Source of the DNA: PVC group bacterium
Lineage (GTDB): Bacteria; Omnitrophota; Gorgyraeia; B26-G9
Length of the DNA: 64,000 bases
Direction: 5' to 3'
Assembly (NCBI GenBank): GCA_024231215.1
Contig: JAAEQR010000072.1
Span: 65,210 to 129,209, forward strand
Shown: positions 27,971 through 37,642 of the stretch, in pieces
Layout of the letters: every line of letters begins with the position of its first letter
Numbering within the stretch: the stretch's first letter is position 1
Program-made: the position numbers and the translations under genes
Notes under the pieces: model-generated
What the model was told of the DNA's origin: nothing
Seen by the model: only the letters and a program-made list of their open reading frames with translations
Databases searched by the model: none

Positions 27971-29026
27971 ATGTATTATCCGGTTACAAGATTGAGAAGG
28001 CTTCGTAAAAGTCAAATTCTGAGAGATATGATTCAGGAAACAGATTTAAATGTGCGTTCTTTGATTTATCCGGTTTTTGTTGTCGAAGGGGAGAGTGTAA
28101 AAAAACCGATAAAGTCTATGCCTGGGCATTACAGGGTTTCGACAGACGTTCTGTTGAAAGAACTTAAAGAAATTACGGAATTACATGTTCCGGCTATAAT
28201 GTTGTTTGGAATTCCGGAACGTAAAGATGAACGTGCTACAGCGGCATATGCTAAGAACGGAATTGTACAGACCGCGGTTAAAGCTATAAAAGACAAATAT
28301 CCGAAACTTGTGGTAATTACTGATGTCTGTCTTTGTGCGTATACATCTTCTGGTCATTGTGGGATTGTGAAGAACTGGGCTGCACCAAATAAAGAAGAGA
28401 CAACTGATGAATTACAGAAAACTGAAAGCAGTCAAGCACAGGATATAGTTATTTATAATGACGCCTCTTGTGAATTGCTGGCTAAAATGGCTATTTCCCA
28501 TGCTGAGGCCGGTGCGGATATGGTTGCACCCAGTAGTATGATGGACGGACAGGTAGCGGCGATTAGAGGGGGATTAGATGCGAATAATTTTAAGCATATA
28601 CCAATTTTAGCTTACAGCGCTAAATATTCTTCAGCATTCTATGGACCGTTTCGAGAAGCAGCAAATTCTGCTCCCGGGGCTGGGGATCGCAAGACTTATC
28701 AGATGAATCCGGCGAATGCGGCTGAAGCAATGAGGGAAATGGAATTGGATATCCAGGAAGGTGCGGATATTCTTATGGTTAAACCAGCGCTGGCTTATTT
28801 AGATATAATAGCTAAAGCAAAACAGCGTTTTAATATCCCTTTGGTTGCGTATAGTGTAAGTGGTGAGTTTTCAATGATCAAAGCGGCTGTGGCTAACGGT
28901 TGGGTGGATGAAAAAGAGATTGTATTGGAAACATTGACCAGCATGAAACGAGCCGGAGCGGATTTGATAATTACCTATTATGCCAAAGATGTAGCGCGTT
29001 GGCTGAGCGGAAAGTTTTTACTCTAA
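27971..29026 (+). CDS. hemB: Porphobilinogen synthase
   Basis: RLRRLR, DVCLCAYTSSGHCG, SMMDG, FYGPFREAA, MVKPAL; short polar insertion after HCG. Confidence 0.97.
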   Translation: MYYPVTRLRRLRKSQILRDMIQETDLNVRSLIYPVFVVEGESVKKPIKSMPGHYRVSTDVLLKELKEITELHVPAIMLFGIPERKDERATAAYAKNGIVQTAVKAIKDKYPKLVVITDVCLCAYTSSGHCGIVKNWAAPNKEETTDELQKTESSQAQDIVIYNDASCELLAKMAISHAEAGADMVAPSSMMDGQVAAIRGGLDANNFKHIPILAYSAKYSSAFYGPFREAANSAPGAGDRKTYQMNPANAAEAMREMELDIQEGADILMVKPALAYLDIIAKAKQRFNIPLVAYSVSGEFSMIKAAVANGWVDEKEIVLETLTSMKRAGADLIITYYAKDVARWLSGKFLL

Positions 29027-30043
29027 ATGTTGATTTCTTGGAATATTACCAAAGCTTGTAATTTAAAGTGTGAACATTGTTATCGTGATGCCGGAAATTC
29101 TCAGAATAATGAATTAAGTTTGGAAGAGGGGAAGACCTTACTTTCGGATTTAAAGTCACTGGGGTTCCGGCTGATTATTTTTTCCGGCGGAGAGCCTTTG
29201 CTGCGGGATGATTTATATGAGCTGATTAGCTTTTCCCGTAGTTTGGGGTTGATTAGTGTATTAGGAACTAATGGGACATTAATTGATGATAATATTGCGC
29301 AGAAATTAAAGCAGGTGGGGCTTAAGCGTGTGGGTATAAGTCTTGATTCTGTTATTCCCCAGCGGCATGATCGGTTTCGCGGTATTGATAAGTCTTGGGA
29401 GAAAGCGGTCGGTGGTATGAAAAGCTGTAAGAAGGTCGGCCTCGAATTTCAGGTTCATACTACGGTTACGACTAAAAATATAAATGAGGTTTTAAATATA
29501 ACTGATTTTGCTCAAAAGATCGGAGCACAAGCCCATCATATATTTTTTCTTGTTCCTACCGGAAGAGGTAAAAATATCGATACAGTTATTCCTAGTGCTG
29601 CAGAGTACGAATCATTACTTACCAATATCCTAGAGAAACAAAGCAAAGTATCTATAGAATTAAAGCCGGTATGTGCCCCGCAATTTACACGTATTGCAAG
29701 GACTAGGCATATTGATACCCGTTTTGAAAAAGGATGTTTAGCGGGTGTAAGTTATGCCTGTATCTTGCCGGATGGAACAGTTCATCCTTGTCCTTATTTA
29801 CCGATTGATTTAGGGAATGTGCGGGAGCAGGGAATTATTGATATCTGGCAAAAAAATGAAACATTAAAGAAATTACGTGACGCCGAATGGGGAGGTAAAT
29901 GCGGAATATGCGAATTTAAAGATATTTGTTCCGGATGTCGCGCAGCCGCGTTCTATCAATCACAAGGTGACTATTTAGCTGAGGATATAAATTGTTCTTA
30001 TGAACCCAAAAGAAAAAAAATTATTGAAGATCCTGCAATCTGA
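29027..30043 (+). CDS. Radical SAM/SPASM heme synthesis protein (AhbD/NirJ2-like)
   Basis: ISWNITKACNLKCEHCYRDAG, FFLVPTGRG, SPASM cysteines; adjacent to ahbAB. Confidence 0.75.
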   Translation: MLISWNITKACNLKCEHCYRDAGNSQNNELSLEEGKTLLSDLKSLGFRLIIFSGGEPLLRDDLYELISFSRSLGLISVLGTNGTLIDDNIAQKLKQVGLKRVGISLDSVIPQRHDRFRGIDKSWEKAVGGMKSCKKVGLEFQVHTTVTTKNINEVLNITDFAQKIGAQAHHIFFLVPTGRGKNIDTVIPSAAEYESLLTNILEKQSKVSIELKPVCAPQFTRIARTRHIDTRFEKGCLAGVSYACILPDGTVHPCPYLPIDLGNVREQGIIDIWQKNETLKKLRDAEWGGKCGICEFKDICSGCRAAAFYQSQGDYLAEDINCSYEPKRKKIIEDPAI

Positions 30044-30446
30044 GTTTCCTGTAACTATTAATCCGTATAGAGAGATAGCCAGGAAATTGAAGCTTAGTGA
30101 AGATGAGTTGATTAAAAAAATAAAATCATTCAAACTCAGAGGGATTATTCGTAGGGTTGGGGGTAGTGTTAATGCTAAGCAGTTGGGGTTTAAGAGTGTT
30201 TTAGTTGCAGTTCAAGTGAGAGAAGATAACGTAACTAAAGTCGCAGAATTTATTAGTGATTCAGACAATGTTTCGCATAATTATTTGCGTAAAGACGAAT
30301 ATAATGTTTGGTTTACTTTTAGTGCCCGGACAATAAAACAGATGAACGATTTTTTAAGTAAACTAAAACGTAAACGAGGAGTGGTTGATGTCCTGGTGTT
30401 ACCACAGAAAAAGGAATTTAAGATAAACGCAGAGTTTGTATTATGA
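30000..30446 (+). CDS. ahbA: Siroheme decarboxylase alpha subunit (Lrp/AsnC-like)
   Basis: LQSEFP, GIIRRVG, VSHNYLR..EYNVWFT. Confidence 0.85.
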   Translation: MNPKEKKLLKILQSEFPVTINPYREIARKLKLSEDELIKKIKSFKLRGIIRRVGGSVNAKQLGFKSVLVAVQVREDNVTKVAEFISDSDNVSHNYLRKDEYNVWFTFSARTIKQMNDFLSKLKRKRGVVDVLVLPQKKEFKINAEFVL

Positions 30447-30922
30447 AAAACAAAATACTAAACGATTTTCAAAAAGAAATTTTGCGGTTTTTACAAAAAG
30501 ATCTGCCGTTAGAGATGTCACCTTATGCGGCATTAGCTGAAAAACTCAATACGGATGAAACTGCTATTATAAGAGAAATTAAGAGACTAAAGGCGCAGGG
30601 ATATATTAGGCGTTTTGGAGCAATATTAAATCATCGCAAAGTAGGACTGAATGCAAACTGTATGTGTGTGTGGAATGTTCCTGAGCAAAAGATAAGTAAA
30701 GTAGCAAAGCTGGCTATAGGTAAGAATCAAATAAGTCATTGTTATTTAAGAAAGATATCTAAAAAATGGTCGTATAATTTTTATACTATGATTCATGGTC
30801 GTTCTAAACAGGAATGTTTTGATGTTGTGGCAGATCTATTGGCTAAGACCGGAGTTGATGATTATAAGATGTTGTTTACAAAGAAACAATTTAAAAAAAC
30901 TAGTCCTGAATATAGATTATAG
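30443..30922 (+). CDS. ahbB: Siroheme decarboxylase beta subunit
   Basis: LQKDLPL, IRRFGAILNHR, ISHCYLR, YNFYTMIHG, FKKTS. Confidence 0.85.
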   Translation: MKNKILNDFQKEILRFLQKDLPLEMSPYAALAEKLNTDETAIIREIKRLKAQGYIRRFGAILNHRKVGLNANCMCVWNVPEQKISKVAKLAIGKNQISHCYLRKISKKWSYNFYTMIHGRSKQECFDVVADLLAKTGVDDYKMLFTKKQFKKTSPEYRL

Positions 30923-30946
30923 GGGCGAAACTATGTTTTCGCCCGT
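30919..30946 (+). repeat. REP-like palindrome (ATAG variant)
   Basis: aTAG-GGGCGAAA-ctatgt-TTTCGCCC-gt overlapping the ahbB stop; same shape as the element at 3008. Confidence 0.5.
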
Positions 30947-30959
30947 GACAAAGAAAATT

Positions 30960-32246
30960 ATGAATACAAAAAAATCAGTAACATATTATAAGCAGGCAGT
31001 AAAGCTTATGCCTGGGGGAGTGAATAGTCCAGTGCGTGCTTTTGGTGCGGTTGGCGGTAATCCTATATTTATTGACCGGGCTAAAGGATCTAAGGTATAT
31101 GATGTTGACGGTAATAGTTACATAGATTATGTATTAAGCTGGGGCCCGCTTATTTTAGGCCATGCACAGAAACAAGTTATTAGTATAATTAAAAAGAGTT
31201 TGTCCAGAGGTACTAGTTTTGGTGCTCCGACTAAGGCTGAAGTTGAATTATCGAAGATGATTAATCAGGCATTTCCCAGTATGCAGATGATGCGGTTGGT
31301 TAATTCCGGGACAGAAGCGACAATGAGCGCTATTCGGTTGGCTCGTGGTTATACTAAAAAAGATAAAATTGTTAAGTTTTCGGGTTGTTATCATGGGCAT
31401 AATGACAGCCTTTTGGTCAAAGCGGGTAGCGGTGCTGCGACGTTTGGTGTTCCTTCAAGCCATGGGATCCCGCGTGATCTTACCCGGGGAACGATTGTTT
31501 TGCCCTATAATAATATTGATAAATTAAAGTCAGTGATAAAGTCTCGTTATAAAGAGATTGCTGCGGTGATTGTTGAGCCGATTTGCGGGAATATGGGAGT
31601 TGTTTTGCCGGATAAGGGTTTTTTATCAGAGATGCGCAAAATTACTCGCAAATACGGGGTTTTACTTATTTTTGATGAAATAATCACTGGGTTTCGTTTC
31701 TGTTTCGGAGGAGCTCAGAAGTTATTTAAAGTAAAGCCGGATATTACTTGTCTAGGCAAGATTATTGGCGGGGGAATGCCGATCGGTGCTTATGGAGCGA
31801 GTAAGAAGATTATGCAACATATTAGTCCTCTGGGAGGGGTGTATCAGGCGGGTACGCTTTCTGGGAATCCGATTGCGGTAGCGTGTGGATTAAAAACTTT
31901 ACAGATTTTGCGTGAAATGGATTATAATAAGCTTAATAAGTTATGTGCTTATTTATGTAGGGAAATAACTCAAGCTTGTAACCACCATAGTATGAATATG
32001 CGCATAAACCGTATTGGCTCAATGTTTACGCTATTTTTCAGTCAAGAGCAGGTAGTTGATTTCCGGACGGCTTACAAAGCAGATACGGGAAAATACGCGC
32101 AATATTTTAGACAGATGCTTAAGGCAGGGATATATTTGCCGCCTTCGCAGTTTGAGGCTAATTTTCTGTCATTTGCACATACAGAGAAAGATATAGCATT
32201 TACAATAGCGGCAGTTAAAAAAGTGTTGGAGAAATTGAGGAGATAA
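30960..32246 (+). CDS. hemL: Glutamate-1-semialdehyde 2,1-aminomutase
   Basis: [45 protein letters not shown]. Start is 30960 or 30933. Confidence 0.96.
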   Translation: MNTKKSVTYYKQAVKLMPGGVNSPVRAFGAVGGNPIFIDRAKGSKVYDVDGNSYIDYVLSWGPLILGHAQKQVISIIKKSLSRGTSFGAPTKAEVELSKMINQAFPSMQMMRLVNSGTEATMSAIRLARGYTKKDKIVKFSGCYHGHNDSLLVKAGSGAATFGVPSSHGIPRDLTRGTIVLPYNNIDKLKSVIKSRYKEIAAVIVEPICGNMGVVLPDKGFLSEMRKITRKYGVLLIFDEIITGFRFCFGGAQKLFKVKPDITCLGKIIGGGMPIGAYGASKKIMQHISPLGGVYQAGTLSGNPIAVACGLKTLQILREMDYNKLNKLCAYLCREITQACNHHSMNMRINRIGSMFTLFFSQEQVVDFRTAYKADTGKYAQYFRQMLKAGIYLPPSQFEANFLSFAHTEKDIAFTIAAVKKVLEKLRR

Positions 32247-32247
32247 C

Positions 32248-32496
32248 ATGTTTAGTGTTGGGATGCCGGAGCTTATTTTAGTGTTTGTGGTGGCTTTACT
32301 TGTTTTTGGGCCGCGTAAGCTGCCTGAAATTGGTCGTACCCTGGGAAAGGCTATGCGCGAATTTAAGCGTGCAGCCGATGATTTTAAAGAAGCAATAAAT
32401 CAGGAACCTCCAGAAGAATTGGTAAAAGAAGTAGAAGATAAGTTAAAGGCGAATGAAGAAGAGCTGAAAAAAGAAGGGAAGGAGCTTAGTGGTTAA
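32248..32496 (+). CDS. TatA/TatB family translocase subunit
   Basis: [33 protein letters not shown]. Confidence 0.9.
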   Translation: MFSVGMPELILVFVVALLVFGPRKLPEIGRTLGKAMREFKRAADDFKEAINQEPPEELVKEVEDKLKANEEELKKEGKELSG

Positions 32497-33223
32497 GACA
32501 AAATCCCGTATGGATAACCCCCTGTCGATTATTCAGCATTTAGAGGAGATGCGTAACCGGATTCTTATTTCTTTGCTTTTAATTATCGTTTGTACTTCTT
32601 TAGGCTATAGTTTTATTCCTCAGATAATGAAGATTATTACGAAGCCTGTAGGTAAACTTTATTTCATGGGGCCGACTGAGGCTTTCTGGGTGCAATTAAA
32701 AGTAGCTTTGTTTGTCGGACTTTATTTTTCTCTGCCGTTTATTTTTTATCAAGTCTGGAAGTTTGTAGAGATTGGACTGAAGCAGAAAGAAAGATCTTTT
32801 CTTGGTCCGTTGAGTTTTTCTTCATTTTTTCTGTTTAGTGTAGGAGGGGCTTTTTGTTATCTGATAGTTATTCCGGTCGCAATGAAATTCCTGCTTTCTT
32901 ATGGATCGTCGATTTTACAGCCATTGATTTCGGTAAGTAAATATGTATCATTTATCGGATGTATGATTTTTGCTTTTGGTATTACTTTTCAGTTGCCGTT
33001 GGTTATGCTGTTTCTCGGTCGGCTGGGGATTGTTCAGGATCAGGCTTTGAGGAAGTTCCGGCGTTTTGCTATTGTCGGTAGTTTTATTATTGCTGCTGCG
33101 CTTACACCTACGCCGGATATGGTGAATCAGACACTTTTGGCTTTGCCGATTATTGTGTTGTATGAGTTGAGTATTTGGTTAGTGAAAATTTTCGGACGCA
33201 AGGAAAATGATAATTTGGAATAA
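32489..33223 (+). CDS. tatC: Tat translocase subunit TatC
   Basis: [30 protein letters not shown]. Confidence 0.95.
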   Translation: MVKTKSRMDNPLSIIQHLEEMRNRILISLLLIIVCTSLGYSFIPQIMKIITKPVGKLYFMGPTEAFWVQLKVALFVGLYFSLPFIFYQVWKFVEIGLKQKERSFLGPLSFSSFFLFSVGGAFCYLIVIPVAMKFLLSYGSSILQPLISVSKYVSFIGCMIFAFGITFQLPLVMLFLGRLGIVQDQALRKFRRFAIVGSFIIAAALTPTPDMVNQTLLALPIIVLYELSIWLVKIFGRKENDNLE

Positions 33224-33311
33224 CCCGCCACAAAGATTGGCGAGGTCAATTCACGCGGATTATTTAGGTATATAAATTCCTAAATGATGCGTTCATTGAA
33301 AGGGGGACAAG

Positions 33312-33485
33312 ATGGGTAGATTTGGAGTTCCGGAGCTGGTTTTAATTCTAATTATTTTATTGCTTTTATTTGGGGCAAGTAAATTGCCGCAGATGGCTCG
33401 TGCGTTAGGTGAGAGTATAAAAGAATTTAAAAAGTCAGTTAATAATAAAGAAGAAAAACCACAGGAAAAAAAAGAAGATTCTTAA
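33312..33485 (+). CDS. tatA: TatA subunit (57 aa, missing from ORF track)
   Basis: Manual translation MGRFGVPELVLILIILLLLFGASKLPQMARALGESIKEFKKSVNNKEEKPQEKKEDS; RBS AGGGGG. Confidence 0.9.
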   Translation: MGRFGVPELVLILIILLLLFGASKLPQMARALGESIKEFKKSVNNKEEKPQEKKEDS

Positions 33486-33497
33486 TAGGATATATTT

Positions 33498-34676
33498 ATG
33501 GCCACAGTTATTCTTAAACCCGCACAGGATAGCCGTATTGCTACGGGTTATCCCCGTGTATTTAATTCACAGATAAGGAATATCCAGGGAAATTTTAAGC
33601 CGGGAGATATTGTTTCGATTAAAAACTCTCAAAGTAGATTTTTAGGACGAGGATATATTAATCCTGGATCTAATATTCCGGTAAGGATTCTAACTCGTGC
33701 GGATGAACCGATAGATAAGGAGTTTTTAACCCGTCGCATAAAACAGGCGATTGACTTTCGCAAGAAAATAATCACAGAAGACACTAACGTTTATAGACTT
33801 GTCTTTTCAGAATCAGATTTTTTGCCAGGGCTTATTGTTGATGTATACGGGAATTGTCTGGTAGTGCAAATTCTTACTTTAGGAATGGAGAGTCGCAAGG
33901 ATCTTATTATTGATATTCTCCAGGAATTCATGAAGCCTAAAGGTATATATTTACGTAATGATACTCCGGCTCGCATGATGGAAGGATTAGTGTTGGAGAA
34001 GAAGGGTATATCAGGGCGTTTTGGTACAAAGGTAGAAGTAAGAGAAAACGGTATTCCTTTTGTTGTAGATATTGAAAACGGGCAAAAGACAGGGTTTTAT
34101 ATTGACCGGCGTGACAATAGGTATTTTTTAAAACAGCTGGTTAAGGATAAGAGTGTGCTTGATTGTTTTTGTTATACAGGAGCGTTTTCGACATATGCTT
34201 GTAGTTATGGAGCTGCTAAGCTTGTGGGAGCGGACATTTCAGCGCATTCTTTAAAATACGCCAGGACAAACATGCGGCTTAATAAGATAAGCTCACGGCG
34301 TTATGATTTTAAGGAAGAAGATGCTTTTAATCTTTTAAGGTCTTTGGACAAGCGCAAGGAGACTTTTGATGTGGTGATTCTTGACCCGCCGAGCTTGGTT
34401 AGTTCTAAAAATAAGATAGCTGGAGGTCTGCGAGGGTACCGGGAATTAAACTTAAGAGCTTTGCGCATTTTAAACAGGGGAGGGACTTTGGTTACGATAA
34501 GCGGATCTTACCATGTCCAGGAGCATCTGTTTAAACAGCTAATTCAGGAAGTTGCGGAAAAAGAAGGGCGTATTGTTCGTGTAATAAATTGGGGGCAACA
34601 GGCATCGGATCATCCTAGTTTTCTGAATATAAAAGAGAATTCTTATTTAAAATGTCTTGTTGCAGAAATATTGTAG
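33498..34676 (+). CDS. RlmI-family rRNA m5C methyltransferase
   Basis: N-terminal PUA-like region, ESDFLPGLIVD, GQKTGFY, DCFCYTG, ILDPP. Confidence 0.85.
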   Translation: MATVILKPAQDSRIATGYPRVFNSQIRNIQGNFKPGDIVSIKNSQSRFLGRGYINPGSNIPVRILTRADEPIDKEFLTRRIKQAIDFRKKIITEDTNVYRLVFSESDFLPGLIVDVYGNCLVVQILTLGMESRKDLIIDILQEFMKPKGIYLRNDTPARMMEGLVLEKKGISGRFGTKVEVRENGIPFVVDIENGQKTGFYIDRRDNRYFLKQLVKDKSVLDCFCYTGAFSTYACSYGAAKLVGADISAHSLKYARTNMRLNKISSRRYDFKEEDAFNLLRSLDKRKETFDVVILDPPSLVSSKNKIAGGLRGYRELNLRALRILNRGGTLVTISGSYHVQEHLFKQLIQEVAEKEGRIVRVINWGQQASDHPSFLNIKENSYLKCLVAEIL

Positions 34677-34677
34677 T

Positions 34678-35205
34678 TTACCAGTCGAAATTATTATCGG
34701 AAGAGGTCTGATTGGATCGTATTTTTTTAGTAGGTTGCTTCTTTCGCTTTTTATTTATTTGATTTTTTGTATGGTTAAGTTCTATCTTCAGGGATTTTAA
34801 ATTTTGCTGTAATTTTAGAGTTTTTCCCTTAGCCTTAGTTAATTCGTTACCTAAAGCATCATTAGTTTTTTGGGATTTTTTCAATTCTTTTGCTATCTTA
34901 TTATGTGCATGCTCTGCTTTATTCAAGTCTTTTTTTAGGGATTTATTTTTTTCTCTTTCTTCGGTTAGTTTATTCTTTAGCGTAGTTGTGGATTTTTGCA
35001 GATCTCCGCATCTATTTTTTGTCCGTTTTAGATCATCAGTGATGACAGTATTAGCCTGGGTAAGCTCTTTTACCCGGGTATAAAGATCGCCGCTTTTTTC
35101 TAATTCGACTTTTTTCCTTGAATTTGCTCCTACAGCCCAGATGACGCAGATAACCGTAAGAATAACAAATAGGGTCAAGATGTTTCTTAATACAGAGTTA
35201 TTCAT
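34678..35205 (-). CDS. Membrane-anchored coiled-coil protein
   Basis: One N-terminal TM helix followed by a Lys/Glu-rich heptad region. Confidence 0.6.
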   Translation of the reverse strand: MNNSVLRNILTLFVILTVICVIWAVGANSRKKVELEKSGDLYTRVKELTQANTVITDDLKRTKNRCGDLQKSTTTLKNKLTEEREKNKSLKKDLNKAEHAHNKIAKELKKSQKTNDALGNELTKAKGKTLKLQQNLKSLKIELNHTKNQINKKRKKQPTKKIRSNQTSSDNNFDW

Positions 35206-35214
35206 ACTTTATAA

Positions 35215-35241
35215 CGGACACAGGTTGTGACCTGTCCCTAC
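35215..35241 (-). repeat. GTAG-type REP-like palindrome
   Basis: Minus strand GTAG-GGACAGGT-cac-AACCTGTGTCC directly after the OmpA-gene stop. Confidence 0.5.
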
Positions 35242-35907
35242 CTATTTCATCTCTCCGGGTTGTGGTGCGGATGGTTTTTGTGTACTAGTTTTTTTCTTGA
35301 TAATCTTTTGCGGGAGAATAGTTATTTCCACGCGTCTGTTTTGTTGGCGTCCACTTGTGACGCTGTTGGATGCTACCGGACGATATTCACCGTATCCTAC
35401 GGCAGATAGACGGGTAGGGGCAGTGTTCTTGTTATCGACTAGATAATGTAATACGCTTGTTGCTCTTGCTGTGGAAAGTTCCCAATTAGACTTCCAGGTT
35501 GAACGAACAATAGGCTGATTGTCGGTATGTCCTTCAATAGCAATATCACGGTCTAAAACCTGATTATTTAAAACAGCAGCTACTTTATCCAGGACTGAAT
35601 GCGCTGTTTTTCTGATTTTGGCTTTTCCAGAGTCGAATAAAATTTCAGCGACAAAGGTGATAACAAGTCCTTTATCGAGCATCTGTAAACGAATATTTTT
35701 TTCTTCAATTTCTTTTTTGAACTGTTCTTCAAGTTCTTTTTTTGCTAGTAACAATTCTTCACGGGCTTTTTGTTCTTCTGCCAGCCTGTCACTTAAAGTA
35801 TCAATTTGTTCTAAATCTTTAGGGCTTCTTTTTTGCAGAATAATAGAACATCCACAGAGCCCAACAATTACCGGAATAATAACTAAAAATTTTAATTTGC
35901 TGATCAT
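35242..35907 (-). CDS. OmpA/MotB-family lipoprotein
   Basis: Lipobox LCGC, coiled coil, ILFDSGKA, IEGHTDN, NWELSTARA, GYGEYRP, NRRVEI. Confidence 0.88.
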   Translation of the reverse strand: MISKLKFLVIIPVIVGLCGCSIILQKRSPKDLEQIDTLSDRLAEEQKAREELLLAKKELEEQFKKEIEEKNIRLQMLDKGLVITFVAEILFDSGKAKIRKTAHSVLDKVAAVLNNQVLDRDIAIEGHTDNQPIVRSTWKSNWELSTARATSVLHYLVDNKNTAPTRLSAVGYGEYRPVASNSVTSGRQQNRRVEITILPQKIIKKKTSTQKPSAPQPGEMK

Positions 35908-35921
35908 AATCTATCCCTCCT

Positions 35922-36383
35922 TTAAAGATACGTCTTTAATTTTTCCCAGGTTTTGGGGCCGACAACCCCATCTATAGTTAAATTATTTTCTCTCTGAAAT
36001 TCGCGGATTACTTTTTTTGTCTTAGGCCCCATTTGTCCGTCAATATGCCCAGGGTTAAATCCAGCTCCTTTTAACGCTTTTTGTATATCAGTGATGCGTA
36101 TTTTTTTCGCGATAGTCGAAGAGTCTTTTCCCACCGCGGGCAAAACTTCTGCCGGGGATACCGATACCGGATTTTGATAGTCTTGTCCTTGTTCAGAGAG
36201 CAACTTTATATTCATCTCCGGTCTACTAATTATCTGGATTTCCGGAGAAACACATTCTTCAGGCGCTGCTTTTTTAGCCGCCTTCGGGTGTTTTCCCATT
36301 GCCATGACCGGAAGAAGAAGGGATGTTTTCAGCATGAGAGCGACAATTAAAAGTGCTGTGAAAAACAAAAGCCTTCTTTTCAA
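35922..36383 (-). CDS. Peptidoglycan-binding domain protein
   Basis: N-terminal hydrophobic segment; IQKALK.AGF.PG.IDG.MGPKT, FQ...LTIDGVVGPKTW. Confidence 0.85.
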   Translation of the reverse strand: MKRRLLFFTALLIVALMLKTSLLLPVMAMGKHPKAAKKAAPEECVSPEIQIISRPEMNIKLLSEQGQDYQNPVSVSPAEVLPAVGKDSSTIAKKIRITDIQKALKGAGFNPGHIDGQMGPKTKKVIREFQRENNLTIDGVVGPKTWEKLKTYL

Positions 36384-36439
36384 AGGTGATTCTCCTATAA
36401 ATAATTAATGAGCAATGGAAAGCGATTCTAATGATGCAA

Positions 36440-36523
36440 CTAGCTGCCGCGACATGGTTTACTGCCGTGATTAGCTTTTTTAGACTTCCACTTTAATTTG
36501 CCTTTTCTGGATCTTTTAGCCAT
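36440..36523 (-). CDS. bL37-like small basic ribosomal protein (27 aa, missing from ORF track)
   Basis: MAKRSRKGKLKWKSKKANHGSKPCRGS with RBS AAGGAGG; MAKR..K..KANHG.KP pattern as in actinobacterial bL37. Confidence 0.7.
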   Translation of the reverse strand: MAKRSRKGKLKWKSKKANHGSKPCRGS

Positions 36524-36648
36524 TGGTTTTGTGCCTCCTTTAAAAAATCATCACCAAGAAACCATAGCTTAGAAGCACAGCCTCTTATATGATGTATATA
36601 CTATTGTGCCAAAAAAATCGATTTTGTCAATCAGAATTTATTTATTAC

Positions 36649-37641
36649 TTATCTGCTCGTTGCAGCAGCAGTTAACGTGTACTTTGAGCGTACCCCTTTT
36701 TTATAGAGCTGATAACCGAGCATAGCGATCATTGCTGCGTTATCAAGACAGAAATGGGGATCGGAAAATAAGACCTTTATATGCTTTTTTTTGCCGGTTT
36801 CTTGCAGCTTTTCACGTAACAAACTATTGCAGGCTACTCCGCCGCCTACGGATATAATGTTTGTTTTGAATTTTTCGCAGGCGTTTATGCTTTTAGAAAC
36901 AAGACTATCAATTACTTCTTTTTGGAAGGCATACACTATTTGTGTTTTGTGTTTTTTACTGGGATTTTTTAGTTTTTGTGATTGGTAAAGAACAGCTGTT
37001 TTTATTCCGCTAAAACTAAAATCCAGAGTGTTTTCTAACCGTGCACAATTGAACCGGAAAGGAGAGGTGTTTATAGTCTGCGATAATTTGTCAATTACCG
37101 GTCCGCCGGGATACCCTAAATCCAATATTTTAGCTACTTTATCAAAGGCTTCTCCTGCGGCATCATCTCTGGTGCGTCCGATGATTTTTATTTTATTAAA
37201 ATCACTTACATAGGCTAAGCTTGTGTGTCCTCCGGAAACTACAAGCCCAATAAACGGAAACTGAAATTTCTTTTGCTGTAGGAAAGGAGAAAATAGATGT
37301 GCATTAATATGATTTACTCCGATAAACGGAATTTCGGTTGCGAAACTTAATGCCTTAGCAAAAGATACTCCGACTAAAAGTGATCCAACCAGGCCGGGGG
37401 TATTAGTGACCGCGATAAGTTTTATTTTAGCCAGCGGTACGTTGGCTTTTTTCAAGGCTTTATTTACTACCGGGCTTATGTATTCAAGATGGAAACGCGA
37501 GGCTATTTCCGGAATAATACCGCCGAATTTACTGTGTAGATGTACGCTGGAGCTAACGCAGGAAGAAATTACGGTTTTACCGTTTTTTATTACAGCCGCA
37601 GCTGTTTCATCGCATGAGGTTTCAATGCCTAATGTTAACAT
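36649..37641 (-). CDS. tsaD: tRNA threonylcarbamoyltransferase TsaD
   Basis: LGIETSCDETAA, GGIIPEIASRFH, HINAH, VSGGHT, DDAAGEAFDK, DNAAMI. Confidence 0.96.
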   Translation of the reverse strand: MLTLGIETSCDETAAAVIKNGKTVISSCVSSSVHLHSKFGGIIPEIASRFHLEYISPVVNKALKKANVPLAKIKLIAVTNTPGLVGSLLVGVSFAKALSFATEIPFIGVNHINAHLFSPFLQQKKFQFPFIGLVVSGGHTSLAYVSDFNKIKIIGRTRDDAAGEAFDKVAKILDLGYPGGPVIDKLSQTINTSPFRFNCARLENTLDFSFSGIKTAVLYQSQKLKNPSKKHKTQIVYAFQKEVIDSLVSKSINACEKFKTNIISVGGGVACNSLLREKLQETGKKKHIKVLFSDPHFCLDNAAMIAMLGYQLYKKGVRSKYTLTAAATSR

Positions 37642-37642
37642 T

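Noticed and set aside
28370-28450. Polar insertion in HemB as an intein or mobile insert
   Set aside because: Too short (about 20 aa) with no splicing motifs; it sits in a variable surface loop.
30795-30959. N-terminal extensions on HemL (also BioA, GatC, BioF in the ORF track)
   Set aside because: Artefacts of longest-ORF calling; they overlap upstream genes or intergenic DNA, and family homology starts at downstream ATGs.
33220-33300. Possible ncRNA or riboswitch between tatC and tatA
   Set aside because: Only a short imperfect hairpin; no family motif I can recognise.
35242-35907. Flagellar motor MotB or T6SS TssL
   Set aside because: Has a lipobox rather than the MotB TM with Asp, and no motA or T6SS genes are nearby.
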